A stretch of 64,000 nt of DNA, from IMG/VR virus record IMGVR_UViG_3300017739_000002. One strand, given 5' to 3'. The first letter of the stretch is position 1; every line of letters starts with the position of its first letter. The stretch is from an uncultured virus (IMG/VR IMGVR_UViG_3300017739_000002) (Duplodnaviria; Heunggongvirae; Uroviricota; Caudoviricetes). A model generated the notes under the pieces. It searched no databases. It worked only from the letters and a program-made list of their open reading frames with translations, and was not told the origin of the DNA. The position numbers were made by a program, and so were the translations under genes. Below, one piece after another: positions 29,376 through 39,256 of the stretch.

Positions 29376-32300
29376 TAGCTTGCTTCTCCGATGCTTATAC
29401 TATTAATTGAGTCTCCGCTATCAAGAGCTACTCTTACTAATACAACATTACCTGTAGCATTGGACATGTTTTCACTACCAAGTGTCATTGTGTATGTACT
29501 GTTGATACTTTGACCAAACGGTACCACGTCTGCACCTGTGCTTGCACACCCATCACTTCCATTTCCTCCACTTCCAGTGTTACTGCCCGGAACGCCTGCA
29601 CCTGCATATTGAGTACCAGTGTCCAACCAACCATTTAGGCCACTTGCACTATCAATACCTGTTCCTGGTGAAGCAATCCACATACCTGCAATACCTGTTG
29701 AAGAGTTAATAGCAATGTCGAAGTTTGCAACAACTTGTCTACGAAACGCAAAGGTAAAATACTGTGTTCCAGTATCTCCGGATCTGTCTGGACCTGCAGG
29801 TAAGAAACCACTTGATAGGTTCGTTGTAAAGTGTTGTAAGAGACCCCACCTTATAGTTGCTTCCCTAGTTCCGCTTACCGAAACTGCGCCTGTAAATGTG
29901 TTGTTAGTATAGAAGTTAGTACTTCCAGTGAATGATGGTGTATCAGTTGTTTCACTTAAGAAATCTGCAATACGTACTCCGTCGTCAGTGAAGTTGCCGT
30001 TTCCTAACGAATTCGCTACGGGTATTGCTGTTTCAGATACACCGCTAGGACTTGCTGTGTGTACTTGTACTTTTGTTCCTGCAATTTCTTGATAAGAACT
30101 TGTACCTACTACGTTGCTAATCCTAAACTTTAAAGTCTCAACAGTAGAAACTGAGCTACCTGTAAGACTTAAACTTATATCTCCTAGTGCATATGGGCTA
30201 CTGACATCCTTACCTGTATTGGCATTTGGTATGCCTCCTGTAAGGAATGGTGTAGTACCTTCTATATCTGAATAACTTTTATTTTGTGTATTCACAGCAG
30301 ATTGTGATCTGCCTTCTGAGTTTGTACCACTTGCAATCTCGAATATGCTAGTTGAATTTCTGTATGCCTGGCCGATCCAATTATAGACTTCAGCACCACC
30401 TATTGTTAAAGTAGGACTGCCTGAATTATAATATGGAATACCAGAAATATATCTATATGTTCCTGCGTTGTTTTCTGTAAGAGTTGCACCAGTTAAATCT
30501 AATGTTGGTGAAGTTGTTATATCATCTCTTACAATGGTTACATAGTTTGTGTTACCAGTTGTTGAATGTTCTATACGAGCATCATTAACACCAACAGGTA
30601 AACCTGATAGTGTTTTTGCAATTCTGGAATCAAACGTTTGATAAAAACCTGTTGGATATGTTGAACTGCTAACTGTATCGTTTGCATCTCTCTGATCGCT
30701 TACTACCAATGCATTATTTGTTCCATTTTCATTTAATGCTGTAGTAAATGATTGTGAGCCATCTGTTGTACCATTAATATTAACACTTACAGTTCCTGAT
30801 GTACCATCATAAGCATTTCCTGCTGTGGTACTATCAATAGTGCCTGTATTTGCATAGCGTCTAACTGTACTTTGATTTAAATTTGCGCCTGCTGATACTG
30901 GATTTGTTGCACTATTATCGGTAAATCCATGTGCAAGATAAGGTGAGCTACCTTCAGCACTATCACTTAGTTGGATAGTTTTTGAACTTAATCCTGATGG
31001 AGCACTTGGTACAGCGTTTACTTGAAATACAAGACTATCTGTATCTGTCTGTGCAGTAATGTCTGGAGTACCATTTGCTGTAAAATTAAGTGTATAATTG
31101 CCAGGAGTTACTCCTGTAAAATCATGTGTTATTATTTGGTTAATAGTACCTGGACTTGTTCCATCTTCTGTTACTGTATCATTTGTACTACCGTCATTCC
31201 AATTATACACATAGTCGTCTGCATTTTGTGTGCTATTAGTAACTTGTACTAAAGCATGATTTACACCATCATATGTTGTACCATCATATACATCAAACTG
31301 ATTATCGCCTGATCTATCACTTACTCTAGTTGCTGTGCCTGAAATTGAGGCACGTACATCTGGCTCCAAATGCACTGTAAAGTTTGTTGTAGTAAACGGG
31401 CTATTTGCATGATCTGTTATAAGTTGTAAATTACCTGTATAGTCTCTTGGTGTACCGTTTGCTTGTTCACTATTTGTAAGTTGATATCTATGTGTAATTG
31501 TACGTCCATGATCTCCGTTTGAATTTGAGCCTGCGTTTACGTATTGTGTATCGCCATCTCCAAACGTATACAGATATCTATTGCCATATGTTGAATAACT
31601 TCCTACTGTATTTTCTGTATTATTTGTAAATGTAACAGTCAATCCACTTCCTGACTGTTCGTTAATTCCTGTAGTTAAATTAAGAGCAACTTCTGGGGTG
31701 TGGTCATCATAAATTTTATAAACAGCATCATCATCTGTTGGTGTGGTTCCTGGTGTTGCTGTTGTATGACTATCAAGTGTTAGTGTAACGGTTCTTTGCA
31801 CTTCTTGTTCTGTGCTAAGAGCAAACGTGTGAGCTAAACGTCCTCCGCCGACACCGCCTGCTACACTATCAGAGCTAATTACGTCATCAGATGATCCATC
31901 GCCCCATTCCCAAGTATATTGGATAGTTGCACCACTTGTATTTGTGGTTGTATTTTCAAAATAAATTGTATCGCCATCGTCCCATTGAGTAATTGGCGAA
32001 CCTCCTGTTGGTGCGGAATAAGCCGCAAAACTAACAACAGGTGTTGCTGTAAAGATTGTAACAAAGGCAGTTTTTTCTTCGCTTGCTGTACTACCTGTAC
32101 CAGCACCTGAATTATTAAAAGCCTCAACATTTACTGTAAATGGAGAGCCAGTGTTACTTGAATATGTATGTGTTGGAGTGCTATCTGATGTTGCTGTATC
32201 GGTTGTGCCATCGCCCCAGTCAATTGTATATCTATTTGCGTTACCTACAGCAGAAATATTTAATGTTACTGCTAAACCAGCACCACCAACAAGTGGTGAA

Positions 32301-32644
32301 CCAGTAAAGTCTACTTCTTTTACAAAAGTATTGTTGCGAATATTTTCTATTGTTTCATTAAGATCATCAATGGCATCTGTAATTGTTGTTCCTGTTGTAA
32401 AAGTTTGTAGAGCACCATCTGTTGTGAGACTTCCATCTGTTGGAGTTCCTAAAGTTAAGTTACCACCACTTCCTGATTGAGCATCGACATATGCCTTTGT
32501 TGCTAAATCCTGTGCGTCAACAGGGTCTGTTGCATTTTTAACAATTTTTGCAGACACATCAATGTTATTAGATGAACCTGCATCTAATTTTAAGTCGGCG
32601 TCAGCTTTGATTTTGTCTGAGTTGTGGTTGATATTAATTGGCAA
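29375..32644 (-). CDS. PKD-domain virion structural protein
   Basis: Repeated PKD signatures (YTIDWGDG, YTWEWGDG, YTFGDG, YNWNDG...H.Y/F); DAQDLATKAYVD fiber motif; TTG start with AAGGA SD. Confidence 0.8.
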   Translation of the reverse strand: MPININHNSDKIKADADLKLDAGSSNNIDVSAKIVKNATDPVDAQDLATKAYVDAQSGSGGNLTLGTPTDGSLTTDGALQTFTTGTTITDAIDDLNETIENIRNNTFVKEVDFTGSPLVGGAGLAVTLNISAVGNANRYTIDWGDGTTDTATSDSTPTHTYSSNTGSPFTVNVEAFNNSGAGTGSTASEEKTAFVTIFTATPVVSFAAYSAPTGGSPITQWDDGDTIYFENTTTNTSGATIQYTWEWGDGSSDDVISSDSVAGGVGGGRLAHTFALSTEQEVQRTVTLTLDSHTTATPGTTPTDDDAVYKIYDDHTPEVALNLTTGINEQSGSGLTVTFTNNTENTVGSYSTYGNRYLYTFGDGDTQYVNAGSNSNGDHGRTITHRYQLTNSEQANGTPRDYTGNLQLITDHANSPFTTTNFTVHLEPDVRASISGTATRVSDRSGDNQFDVYDGTTYDGVNHALVQVTNSTQNADDYVYNWNDGSTNDTVTEDGTSPGTINQIITHDFTGVTPGNYTLNFTANGTPDITAQTDTDSLVFQVNAVPSAPSGLSSKTIQLSDSAEGSSPYLAHGFTDNSATNPVSAGANLNQSTVRRYANTGTIDSTTAGNAYDGTSGTVSVNINGTTDGSQSFTTALNENGTNNALVVSDQRDANDTVSSSTYPTGFYQTFDSRIAKTLSGLPVGVNDARIEHSTTGNTNYVTIVRDDITTSPTLDLTGATLTENNAGTYRYISGIPYYNSGSPTLTIGGAEVYNWIGQAYRNSTSIFEIASGTNSEGRSQSAVNTQNKSYSDIEGTTPFLTGGIPNANTGKDVSSPYALGDISLSLTGSSVSTVETLKFRISNVVGTSSYQEIAGTKVQVHTASPSGVSETAIPVANSLGNGNFTDDGVRIADFLSETTDTPSFTGSTNFYTNNTFTGAVSVSGTREATIRWGLLQHFTTNLSSGFLPAGPDRSGDTGTQYFTFAFRRQVVANFDIAINSSTGIAGMWIASPGTGIDSASGLNGWLDTGTQYAGAGVPGSNTGSGGNGSDGCASTGADVVPFGQSINSTYTMTLGSENMSNATGNVVLVRVALDSGDSINSISIGEAS

Positions 32645-32712
32645 CTTTTCACTTCCTTTACAACTTTTTTATAGTCTCTTACTAATGTATTTAGTTAAAA
32701 ATACAGTTTTGA

Positions 32713-33381
32713 CTACAATGTCACTGATGCCCTATTGACAGCAATGATTGACCAACCAGCAGTGTCATCTACATATAACAATGTAGCCGTTTCACCCTGA
32801 GTGGTAAATGTAATTGAAGCGAATCCGTTAGGAGTAGCTGGTGTTACTACTACCGGAGCGCCTGGTGCCGCAGTTGATACAAACATTTTAATTTGACCTG
32901 CTGTTCCGTTTGCTAACGTCATTGCGGCAGGTGTGCTTGCGTCAATCATATCAACTGATTTAGTTAAACTCGCTGTTGCAGTACTGCTAGTAACAAAAGA
33001 ATTTAAAAATACTTTGTCTACATGTAATTCATTCCACGAACTAGCTGGACTACCTAAATCAAATGTGTCTGTTGTTGATGGTAACACATCACTATTAATA
33101 TTTGCATTAAGTGAAAGACTTCCTCCTGAACTACCAAGTGTAACAATATCACCATCTGCAACAAATGTGCCTGCTGTATATAAGTTACCTCCGATTACTG
33201 CACCGCCTTGTACATTTAAGGCCGCATCTGCTTCGGAGTGGTTGGCTGGTAGATTGTTTAAGTCAACATCATCTGCATTGTCAATAGTAAGTTTACCAAT
33301 ATTACTTGATGTAGAGGTTGCTTGTTTAATTGCTCCAAGAACATGCAATTCTCCTCCATCTGGTTTAATTACTGATGCCAT
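32713..33381 (-). CDS. Virion structural/decoration protein
   Basis: LPSTTDTFDLGS...W fiber motif and C-terminal TLANGTAGQIK...GW domain; own late promoter (CATAAATA 33414..33407) after the gp23 terminator. Confidence 0.6.
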   Translation of the reverse strand: MASVIKPDGGELHVLGAIKQATSTSSNIGKLTIDNADDVDLNNLPANHSEADAALNVQGGAVIGGNLYTAGTFVADGDIVTLGSSGGSLSLNANINSDVLPSTTDTFDLGSPASSWNELHVDKVFLNSFVTSSTATASLTKSVDMIDASTPAAMTLANGTAGQIKMFVSTAAPGAPVVVTPATPNGFASITFTTQGETATLLYVDDTAGWSIIAVNRASVTL

Positions 33382-33428
33382 AATAATCTCCAATATATTA
33401 TAGTATTATTTATGCTTAATCAGCTCAT

Positions 33429-33457
33429 AAAAAAAGGGAGGAAAAATCCTCCCTTTT
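33429..33457 (-). terminator. Intrinsic terminator after major capsid gene
   Basis: AAAAGGGAGGA...TCCTCCCTTTT stem with T7 on the minus strand. Confidence 0.88.
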
Positions 33458-33474
33458 CTGTGTAAGAATAATTC

Positions 33475-34638
33475 TTACTGGAAGCTAAGGTTACCGCTGT
33501 TAACGCCAATCTTGCTTAGGTAGTCTGCCGCGTTACCAAGGGATGAAGCTTGGTTTGTTAGCTCTACATAGCCATAACGTGTCATAAATGATACTACTGG
33601 CTCAAATGTAGCTGGATCTAGTACTGTTCCAGAAGACATTAGTGGGATATATGGGCAGTAGAAAGCGGCCGCATCCATCTCACCATCACCTTTGTATCCA
33701 ACGATGATGTCTGTGCTATCTGAAGCATACTGGTCAACGAACACACGCATTGTACCGTTTAGTGTACCTACGAATTTTGTGTTTGTTGGTGCTTCAAATG
33801 GTCCTTCAGTTGTTCTTGCGAACGCTGAAGTTGTAGCACTCTGTAGTACTGTTAGAATTGTTGGGCTAACAACAGCATAGTTACCTGCGCCACGTCTTGT
33901 ACGTGAAGCGATTAGGTTTGCTGATCTGTTGATTAGAACTGCTAGAGCCGCATGTTCGTCACCAACGAATGTTGCTTGACCAGAAACACCAGCCTGGTTA
34001 TATGTATCAGTTGCTGTACCAGCAAGTGTACGTAGGCTTGTTAGGATTTCTTGGTCGATTTCTGCTGTAATCTCTTGGGCTAGTGCTTGCATGATTTCAG
34101 CTTCAACGTCTAGTCCGTGCATTGAGTTGGCATCTTGTGCCGCTTCGAATGTCCAACGTGCAGATAGCTTACGTGTTTTAGCTTCTACAGTTTGCTTTAG
34201 GACTTGGATGCTCATCTTACGGCCAGCTTCTGCTTCTAGAGCAGATGTTGTAGTTGCTGTGCCTGCTGTGGCATCACCTGAGTAACCTTTTGCAATAGCA
34301 AATGGTGATAGTGCTTCATCACCTGCGTTTACGCCGCCAGCTGTTTGGCTGTAACGTACACGTAGAGTGTGAATCTGGCCTACTGGACCAGTCATTGGCT
34401 GAACACCAACAAGTTCGTTTGCGATAACTGTTGGCATCACACGACGGATTACTGGTAAGATAACTTTATTTAAAGTTGCAATGTTGCCAGCCATTGTAGA
34501 ACCGCTTGCCGCGGCTTCTTGAAGATACTGTTTTGTATTTTCAAGAGTTGACTCCATTACTGCTTTTTTGTTGCCTTCCAAACCGTCAGTTAGAGCGTCT
34601 TTTGTAACGTTCCAATTTTCAAATAATGCTTGTGACAT
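33475..34638 (-). CDS. gp23: Major capsid protein
   Basis: LPVIRRVMP..IA.ELVGVQPMTGPVGQI, VEAKTRKLSARWTFEAAQD, AFYCPYIPL, TFEPVVSFMTRYG. Confidence 0.98.
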   Translation of the reverse strand: MSQALFENWNVTKDALTDGLEGNKKAVMESTLENTKQYLQEAAASGSTMAGNIATLNKVILPVIRRVMPTVIANELVGVQPMTGPVGQIHTLRVRYSQTAGGVNAGDEALSPFAIAKGYSGDATAGTATTTSALEAEAGRKMSIQVLKQTVEAKTRKLSARWTFEAAQDANSMHGLDVEAEIMQALAQEITAEIDQEILTSLRTLAGTATDTYNQAGVSGQATFVGDEHAALAVLINRSANLIASRTRRGAGNYAVVSPTILTVLQSATTSAFARTTEGPFEAPTNTKFVGTLNGTMRVFVDQYASDSTDIIVGYKGDGEMDAAAFYCPYIPLMSSGTVLDPATFEPVVSFMTRYGYVELTNQASSLGNAADYLSKIGVNSGNLSFQ

Positions 34639-34656
34639 TTTGGTATCTCCTGATTA

Positions 34657-35754
34657 TTAATTAAGACCCGCTAATTTGCGGAGGTTAATTATTTCGGCTT
34701 CACTATCAGTATCCTGACGCTGTGCCTTGTTTCCTGTAATCTCAGTCTTCTGAGATTCATTTAGGGTTTGTGATCTCTTATCTGCTTTAGAGTCAGACTC
34801 TAAAATAGTTGGCAAATACTTGTTGTACTGTACTTTCAACTTTTCAGTTGCTACAGACTCAAGTAGGTTACCCATAAGGTCACGCTTGTCTTTTGCAAGA
34901 GGCCCTAGTAGTTCAGCAAGAACTTCAGCTCTCTCGTTTGCTTCAACGATACGAGATGTTTTCTTCTCTGCTTTATTAACCATTTCCTCTTTCTCGGCAA
35001 CTTGCTGACGTGATTCTTCAAGTTGTGCTTTAACTTTTTCAAGTTCTTTGGTAACTTCCGAAACTGTACTGCCTTCTGCTAATTCCGAACTCATAAACTC
35101 TGCCGCGAAAGTTTCGAAGATCTTACGACCAAACATATTTTCTTTCGCCTGCTGAATGTCCTCTTTAAGCATGCCTAGCTCTGTCTTTAATGTAGATTCT
35201 ACAATATTTGACAATTTATCGCTTGCTTTAGATATGAAATTCTTTTTAGCTTCAGCAATTATTTCTTTACCTTCTTTCACTAGACGAACCTTTTCTTTAT
35301 TAAGGTCCTTTTTGTCTTCATGAAATTCATTAAGTTCTGTTGTTAGTTGCTCCATTACGAAGTCTTCTAACTTCTCGAAGTTTCCTTCTTGTAATTTACG
35401 ATCATCACGTAGTTCTGAAATCTCTTTTTTAAGAGTTTCCATTACAAACTGATCTAGAAGTTTTGCATGTTCCATCATTTTAGATTGATAATCAATCTTG
35501 GCGGCTACTGCATCACGCTTGTCTTCTGAGAATTCTTTAAGTTCTTTTGTAATCGTGTCAGTTAGCATCGCATCTAGTGCTTCCACCATCTGGTCTTTAT
35601 CTGCGTCATAACGATTAGCGAACTCTTCTCTTAGGTCTGCTGTGATTTCTTCACGTGCTTCTGCCAATTTGGCTTCCCACGCTTCAGAAAGTGTAGTGCG
35701 TACTTCTTCGGAAAGAACTTCTGAACTTAGGAGTTGTTCTATTGCTGTTGCCAT
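34657..35754 (-). CDS. gp22: Prohead scaffold protein
   Basis: Coiled-coil E/K-rich protein between gp21 and gp23; LSEE.R..L.EAWE N-terminus. Confidence 0.85.
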   Translation of the reverse strand: MATAIEQLLSSEVLSEEVRTTLSEAWEAKLAEAREEITADLREEFANRYDADKDQMVEALDAMLTDTITKELKEFSEDKRDAVAAKIDYQSKMMEHAKLLDQFVMETLKKEISELRDDRKLQEGNFEKLEDFVMEQLTTELNEFHEDKKDLNKEKVRLVKEGKEIIAEAKKNFISKASDKLSNIVESTLKTELGMLKEDIQQAKENMFGRKIFETFAAEFMSSELAEGSTVSEVTKELEKVKAQLEESRQQVAEKEEMVNKAEKKTSRIVEANERAEVLAELLGPLAKDKRDLMGNLLESVATEKLKVQYNKYLPTILESDSKADKRSQTLNESQKTEITGNKAQRQDTDSEAEIINLRKLAGLN

Positions 35755-36386
35755 TACTTTCTCCTAATGTCTAGGTTGTCAATAAGTTTAAGTACCTCTT
35801 CCTGGAGATACTTTTGTGCTTTTGTATCATTGTTTGTGGCATTTGCGACATCCATCAAAACGTTTCCACGCTTGCCATTCATGATTGCCTCATAAATGGG
35901 ATTAGGATATGCATCTGGTGCACTTGGGTTAGCAACGATATCTACAGTTTGTATTTCAAAACCTTTAACAATACCGTCTCCACCGACTTCACCGCTACCT
36001 CTACTTGATACGCCTAGCTTTGCACCGCACTCCAATAGGGTTTTACAAATATTTCCCATTGGGGTAGGTAATAGTTTTAAGCGTCCATGACCATCGTCAC
36101 CGTTCATCCACATTCTTTCAATTAAATGTGAAACACGATCTAGATTTACTTGTAAATCTTCCGGATGGTCTGCTTCGCCTAATACCGAAAAACCCTCGCT
36201 AATTCTTTTAGTAATGCTTTCAACAGCATTTGCTATTTCCTTGCCAGGGTATATTCTTTGATTCTGGTTACGTTGGTTAGCTTGTACGAAAATGCCTTCC
36301 ATGTATAGATCCTTGCCGCCTTGACCATTGTCTTTGGCTTCGGTTACAATACCTGCTTGGTCGTATGAAAGTCTTTCAATAAGCAT
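35754..36386 (-). CDS. gp21: Prohead protease
   Basis: LYMEGIFVQ...NQNQRIY, LGEADHP, VSH, TPMG, LGVSSRGSG, DIVANPSAPDAY. Confidence 0.97.
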   Translation of the reverse strand: MLIERLSYDQAGIVTEAKDNGQGGKDLYMEGIFVQANQRNQNQRIYPGKEIANAVESITKRISEGFSVLGEADHPEDLQVNLDRVSHLIERMWMNGDDGHGRLKLLPTPMGNICKTLLECGAKLGVSSRGSGEVGGDGIVKGFEIQTVDIVANPSAPDAYPNPIYEAIMNGKRGNVLMDVANATNNDTKAQKYLQEEVLKLIDNLDIRRK

Positions 36387-36389
36387 TTT

Positions 36390-37262
36390 TTACTCCGCCT
36401 TACCTTTTTTCTCAGCACCATGGCCTCGAGTTTCAGGTTTTAGCTTTGCACCATCACCAGGATGGGTAATACCCATGTCTTTTGCTGTTGCTACTTTAAC
36501 TGGAGCAGGATTTTTTGTGTCTGTACTTACTGGTCCACCGTTTGATTCGATGTCATCAGTACCTGGTCCAACTGGTGATGCTTTTCCGTCATCGCCTGCT
36601 GGCATATCCACTGGGTGTACAGCTTTATCCTTGCCAATTTTTTGCAGTTCAGCGGCTTCGTCTAGCTTTTCGTCATCGTCATCAGCTGATTCCTCAACTT
36701 CTTCATCTGACTCGTCTAGCTCTTCGTCCTTTGCTTCTTCTAAATCATCTTCAGATTCGAAAGCGACAGCTTCTTCAGCTGGCTCTTCGTCACCCATGAT
36801 TTCTGCAAATGTAGCTTTTAGGTCGTTTAATGCATCTTCAACTGAAGCAAATTCAGCTTCAATCTTGTCGTCTGCATCTCCGTCCATATCCATTTCTTCT
36901 GCGTCGTCGGCTTCATCGCCTTCTTCGCCTTCGTCGTCAGTTGCTAGTTCCATTTCTGCATCCATATCTGCATCCATGTCCATTTCTGGCTCGTCATCAT
37001 CCTCGCCAAATGCTTCTTCAGACTCAATTTCTGACTCGTCTGTCTCTAGGTCATCTAGGAAATCGCCGGATTCTTCATCGCCGAATTCCTCATCTAGTTC
37101 AGTTTCTACATCGTCTTCAACGATTTCGTCCTGTTCTACTAGATCAGCCCAGATATCACGTGCCTTTTCTACGAAAGCCTCGTGTAGGAGGTCCGAAGCC
37201 TTTGCTTCGTCGCCATTTACAAGAGACTCAATAACTTTAGTATAACGATCTTGAGCACTCAT
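36390..37262 (-). CDS. Highly acidic prohead core protein (gp67-like position)
   Basis: Extremely D/E-rich; sits between portal and gp21; AAGGAG SD. Confidence 0.6.
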   Translation of the reverse strand: MSAQDRYTKVIESLVNGDEAKASDLLHEAFVEKARDIWADLVEQDEIVEDDVETELDEEFGDEESGDFLDDLETDESEIESEEAFGEDDDEPEMDMDADMDAEMELATDDEGEEGDEADDAEEMDMDGDADDKIEAEFASVEDALNDLKATFAEIMGDEEPAEEAVAFESEDDLEEAKDEELDESDEEVEESADDDDEKLDEAAELQKIGKDKAVHPVDMPAGDDGKASPVGPGTDDIESNGGPVSTDTKNPAPVKVATAKDMGITHPGDGAKLKPETRGHGAEKKGKAE

Positions 37263-37372
37263 TTTAAATCTCCTTATAGGTTATAACACTTATATTTAAG
37301 ATGTCTTACTTCAGAGTAATAGTTAATGCGAATAAAACCGCATTTTTAATAAAATACTGAATTATTTCGGTA

Positions 37373-37573
37373 TTATTCTGCAGAACCAGTATTAGCAGAG
37401 TACATTTGTTTGTAGTTGCCAACTTGTTCTATATGATCAGCTTTTGCCATTTCACGCATAGCTCTCATTTTATTTAGATGTTCTAGCGTTAATTTAGGGC
37501 GTCTAGTATCATCAAGTTCCCACTTATGACTCTCATCACCCTCTGCTGTCTGTGCTAGTTCATTAAACCTCAT
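37373..37573 (-). CDS. Small conserved head-region protein
   Basis: MRFNELAQTAE...DTRRPKLTLEHLNKMR; GGAGGTG SD overlapping the portal end. Confidence 0.6.
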   Translation of the reverse strand: MRFNELAQTAEGDESHKWELDDTRRPKLTLEHLNKMRAMREMAKADHIEQVGNYKQMYSANTGSAE

Positions 37574-39230
37574 CATCACCTCCCGGATCATCAGGTACTG
37601 GACTATCTGATGTAGTCACTCCACCCTCATCTCCTACTTCACCTTCTTCAGGATTCGCATCATCTACTGGTGTAGGAGTAAATCCTTCTATATCTCCGCC
37701 TCTAACACCCAATCCGCCTAATGCATTCTGGGCATCAAAGTCTTGAGTATTCATATCGTTGTTCTCAGCTCTCCACATCATTTCATTTTCAACTAATTCA
37801 TCTTCCTGTAATCCAAGATATTTCTTCAGGATAAACCTTCTGCTTAGATACGGAACACCCTCAAGGTTGCTGAATAGTTGAGCTCTTTGTGAATCTAGTT
37901 CAATATCTCTATATTGACTAAAGCTCTGTGGTTCTGTAAACGCTAAATCAAATAAACTACTAGGTACATCAACACCACGGAATTTAAGAAACATTTTAAA
38001 TTCTTTATCTAATACTGATTGTAGTATTGCTTGAATACGTTCTACATATTTTGAGAATCTATATTCTTGAATTAATGCAGTACCCACTCTACCGTCCTGA
38101 TATGTTGCAGTTCCATCATCTGGTCCTGTTGGAAGATATGAACTAGGTATTCTTAAACCTCTTAAAAGTTTATTATTAAAATATTTTAAATCGTCAATTT
38201 CACCTAAATTATCACCACCCTGTAATACATCAACTTTGGAACCTCTACCTTCTGCTGTTTGTGCAAAAAAGTAATCTTCCATAATTGATAGTGGATTATA
38301 GGCGGCATCCATTACGTTTGTACCACCACCTGTTTTATTAGGAATACGAGTTTGATGTACTTCGTTTTTAACACGTTCTACAAATGCCATTGCTTTATGA
38401 GATGGCATATTACCTACATCAATATAGAACACACGTCTTTCAGGTGCTCGTTGTACACGGTAGATAATAATTGAATCTTCTAAAAGTTCTTTCTGTTTGT
38501 AAACTTTAAATACGCTTTCTAGTATACTATTACCAAAAGGCCAGTTTACATTCATGCCATCGCTCAATGCCATGTGTACAACGTGTTTACTATCAACTGC
38601 ATACTCTGTGTTATTTTGATTATAACCACCATGATATACACCTGCATTAGATTTTGCTGGTGTAGTATACCCTGATGTTCCATTTGCTGTTGTATTTTGT
38701 AATTTACGTGTATCTACAGCAACCATATCCTGTAAATTTAATGCAATATTTTTTACAATATACTGATCAATCTCTTTTCCAGCACTTTCATTTACAATAG
38801 CACTGCTTACATCTTCTGGATTTACCCAATACAATTTAAATGTTTCGGGATCACGTAAAAAGAATTGATCACCATATTTAATTGCAGATCTCATTATGCC
38901 AAATGCACGTCTGTGTAATTCGTTTAGGTTACTCCACTGCCTTAGTGAAGTTCCCAATGCTTGCACTTCTGCTTCTGTAGCATCATTATTATACTTAATT
39001 CTGAACGGAAGTTCCGTATCAGAGTCTTCTTGTGTTCCGAATTCAGCGATTGTATCTAGAGCACCGTTAATTTCAGCGTCCATATCCATTTGGTCATACT
39101 GTGTATAACGCTCTACTCTGTTCGGTTGACCAGAATACACTTCAGGCAACCAGCTCTGCCAGCGATTTGCTTTCGCACGGCTTGTACTAGTGTCAGTATC
39201 GTATCTGGTAAAATGTTTTTTCCAACTCAT
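37563..39230 (-). CDS. gp20: Portal protein
   Basis: LLEDSIIIYRVQRAPERRVFYIDVGNMP, MEDYFF...EGRGSKV..L.GG.NLGEIDDLKYF...LRIPSSYL. Confidence 0.98.
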   Translation of the reverse strand: MSWKKHFTRYDTDTSTSRAKANRWQSWLPEVYSGQPNRVERYTQYDQMDMDAEINGALDTIAEFGTQEDSDTELPFRIKYNNDATEAEVQALGTSLRQWSNLNELHRRAFGIMRSAIKYGDQFFLRDPETFKLYWVNPEDVSSAIVNESAGKEIDQYIVKNIALNLQDMVAVDTRKLQNTTANGTSGYTTPAKSNAGVYHGGYNQNNTEYAVDSKHVVHMALSDGMNVNWPFGNSILESVFKVYKQKELLEDSIIIYRVQRAPERRVFYIDVGNMPSHKAMAFVERVKNEVHQTRIPNKTGGGTNVMDAAYNPLSIMEDYFFAQTAEGRGSKVDVLQGGDNLGEIDDLKYFNNKLLRGLRIPSSYLPTGPDDGTATYQDGRVGTALIQEYRFSKYVERIQAILQSVLDKEFKMFLKFRGVDVPSSLFDLAFTEPQSFSQYRDIELDSQRAQLFSNLEGVPYLSRRFILKKYLGLQEDELVENEMMWRAENNDMNTQDFDAQNALGGLGVRGGDIEGFTPTPVDDANPEEGEVGDEGGVTTSDSPVPDDPGGDDEV

Positions 39231-39256
39231 GAGTTTTTCCTATATTATAATGTTAT

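Noticed and set aside
18036..33381. Diversity-generating retroelement or invertible fiber cassette
   Set aside because: No reverse transcriptase or invertase in the window, and no near-identical repeat pair differing only at adenines was seen; shared modules are diverged at synonymous sites.
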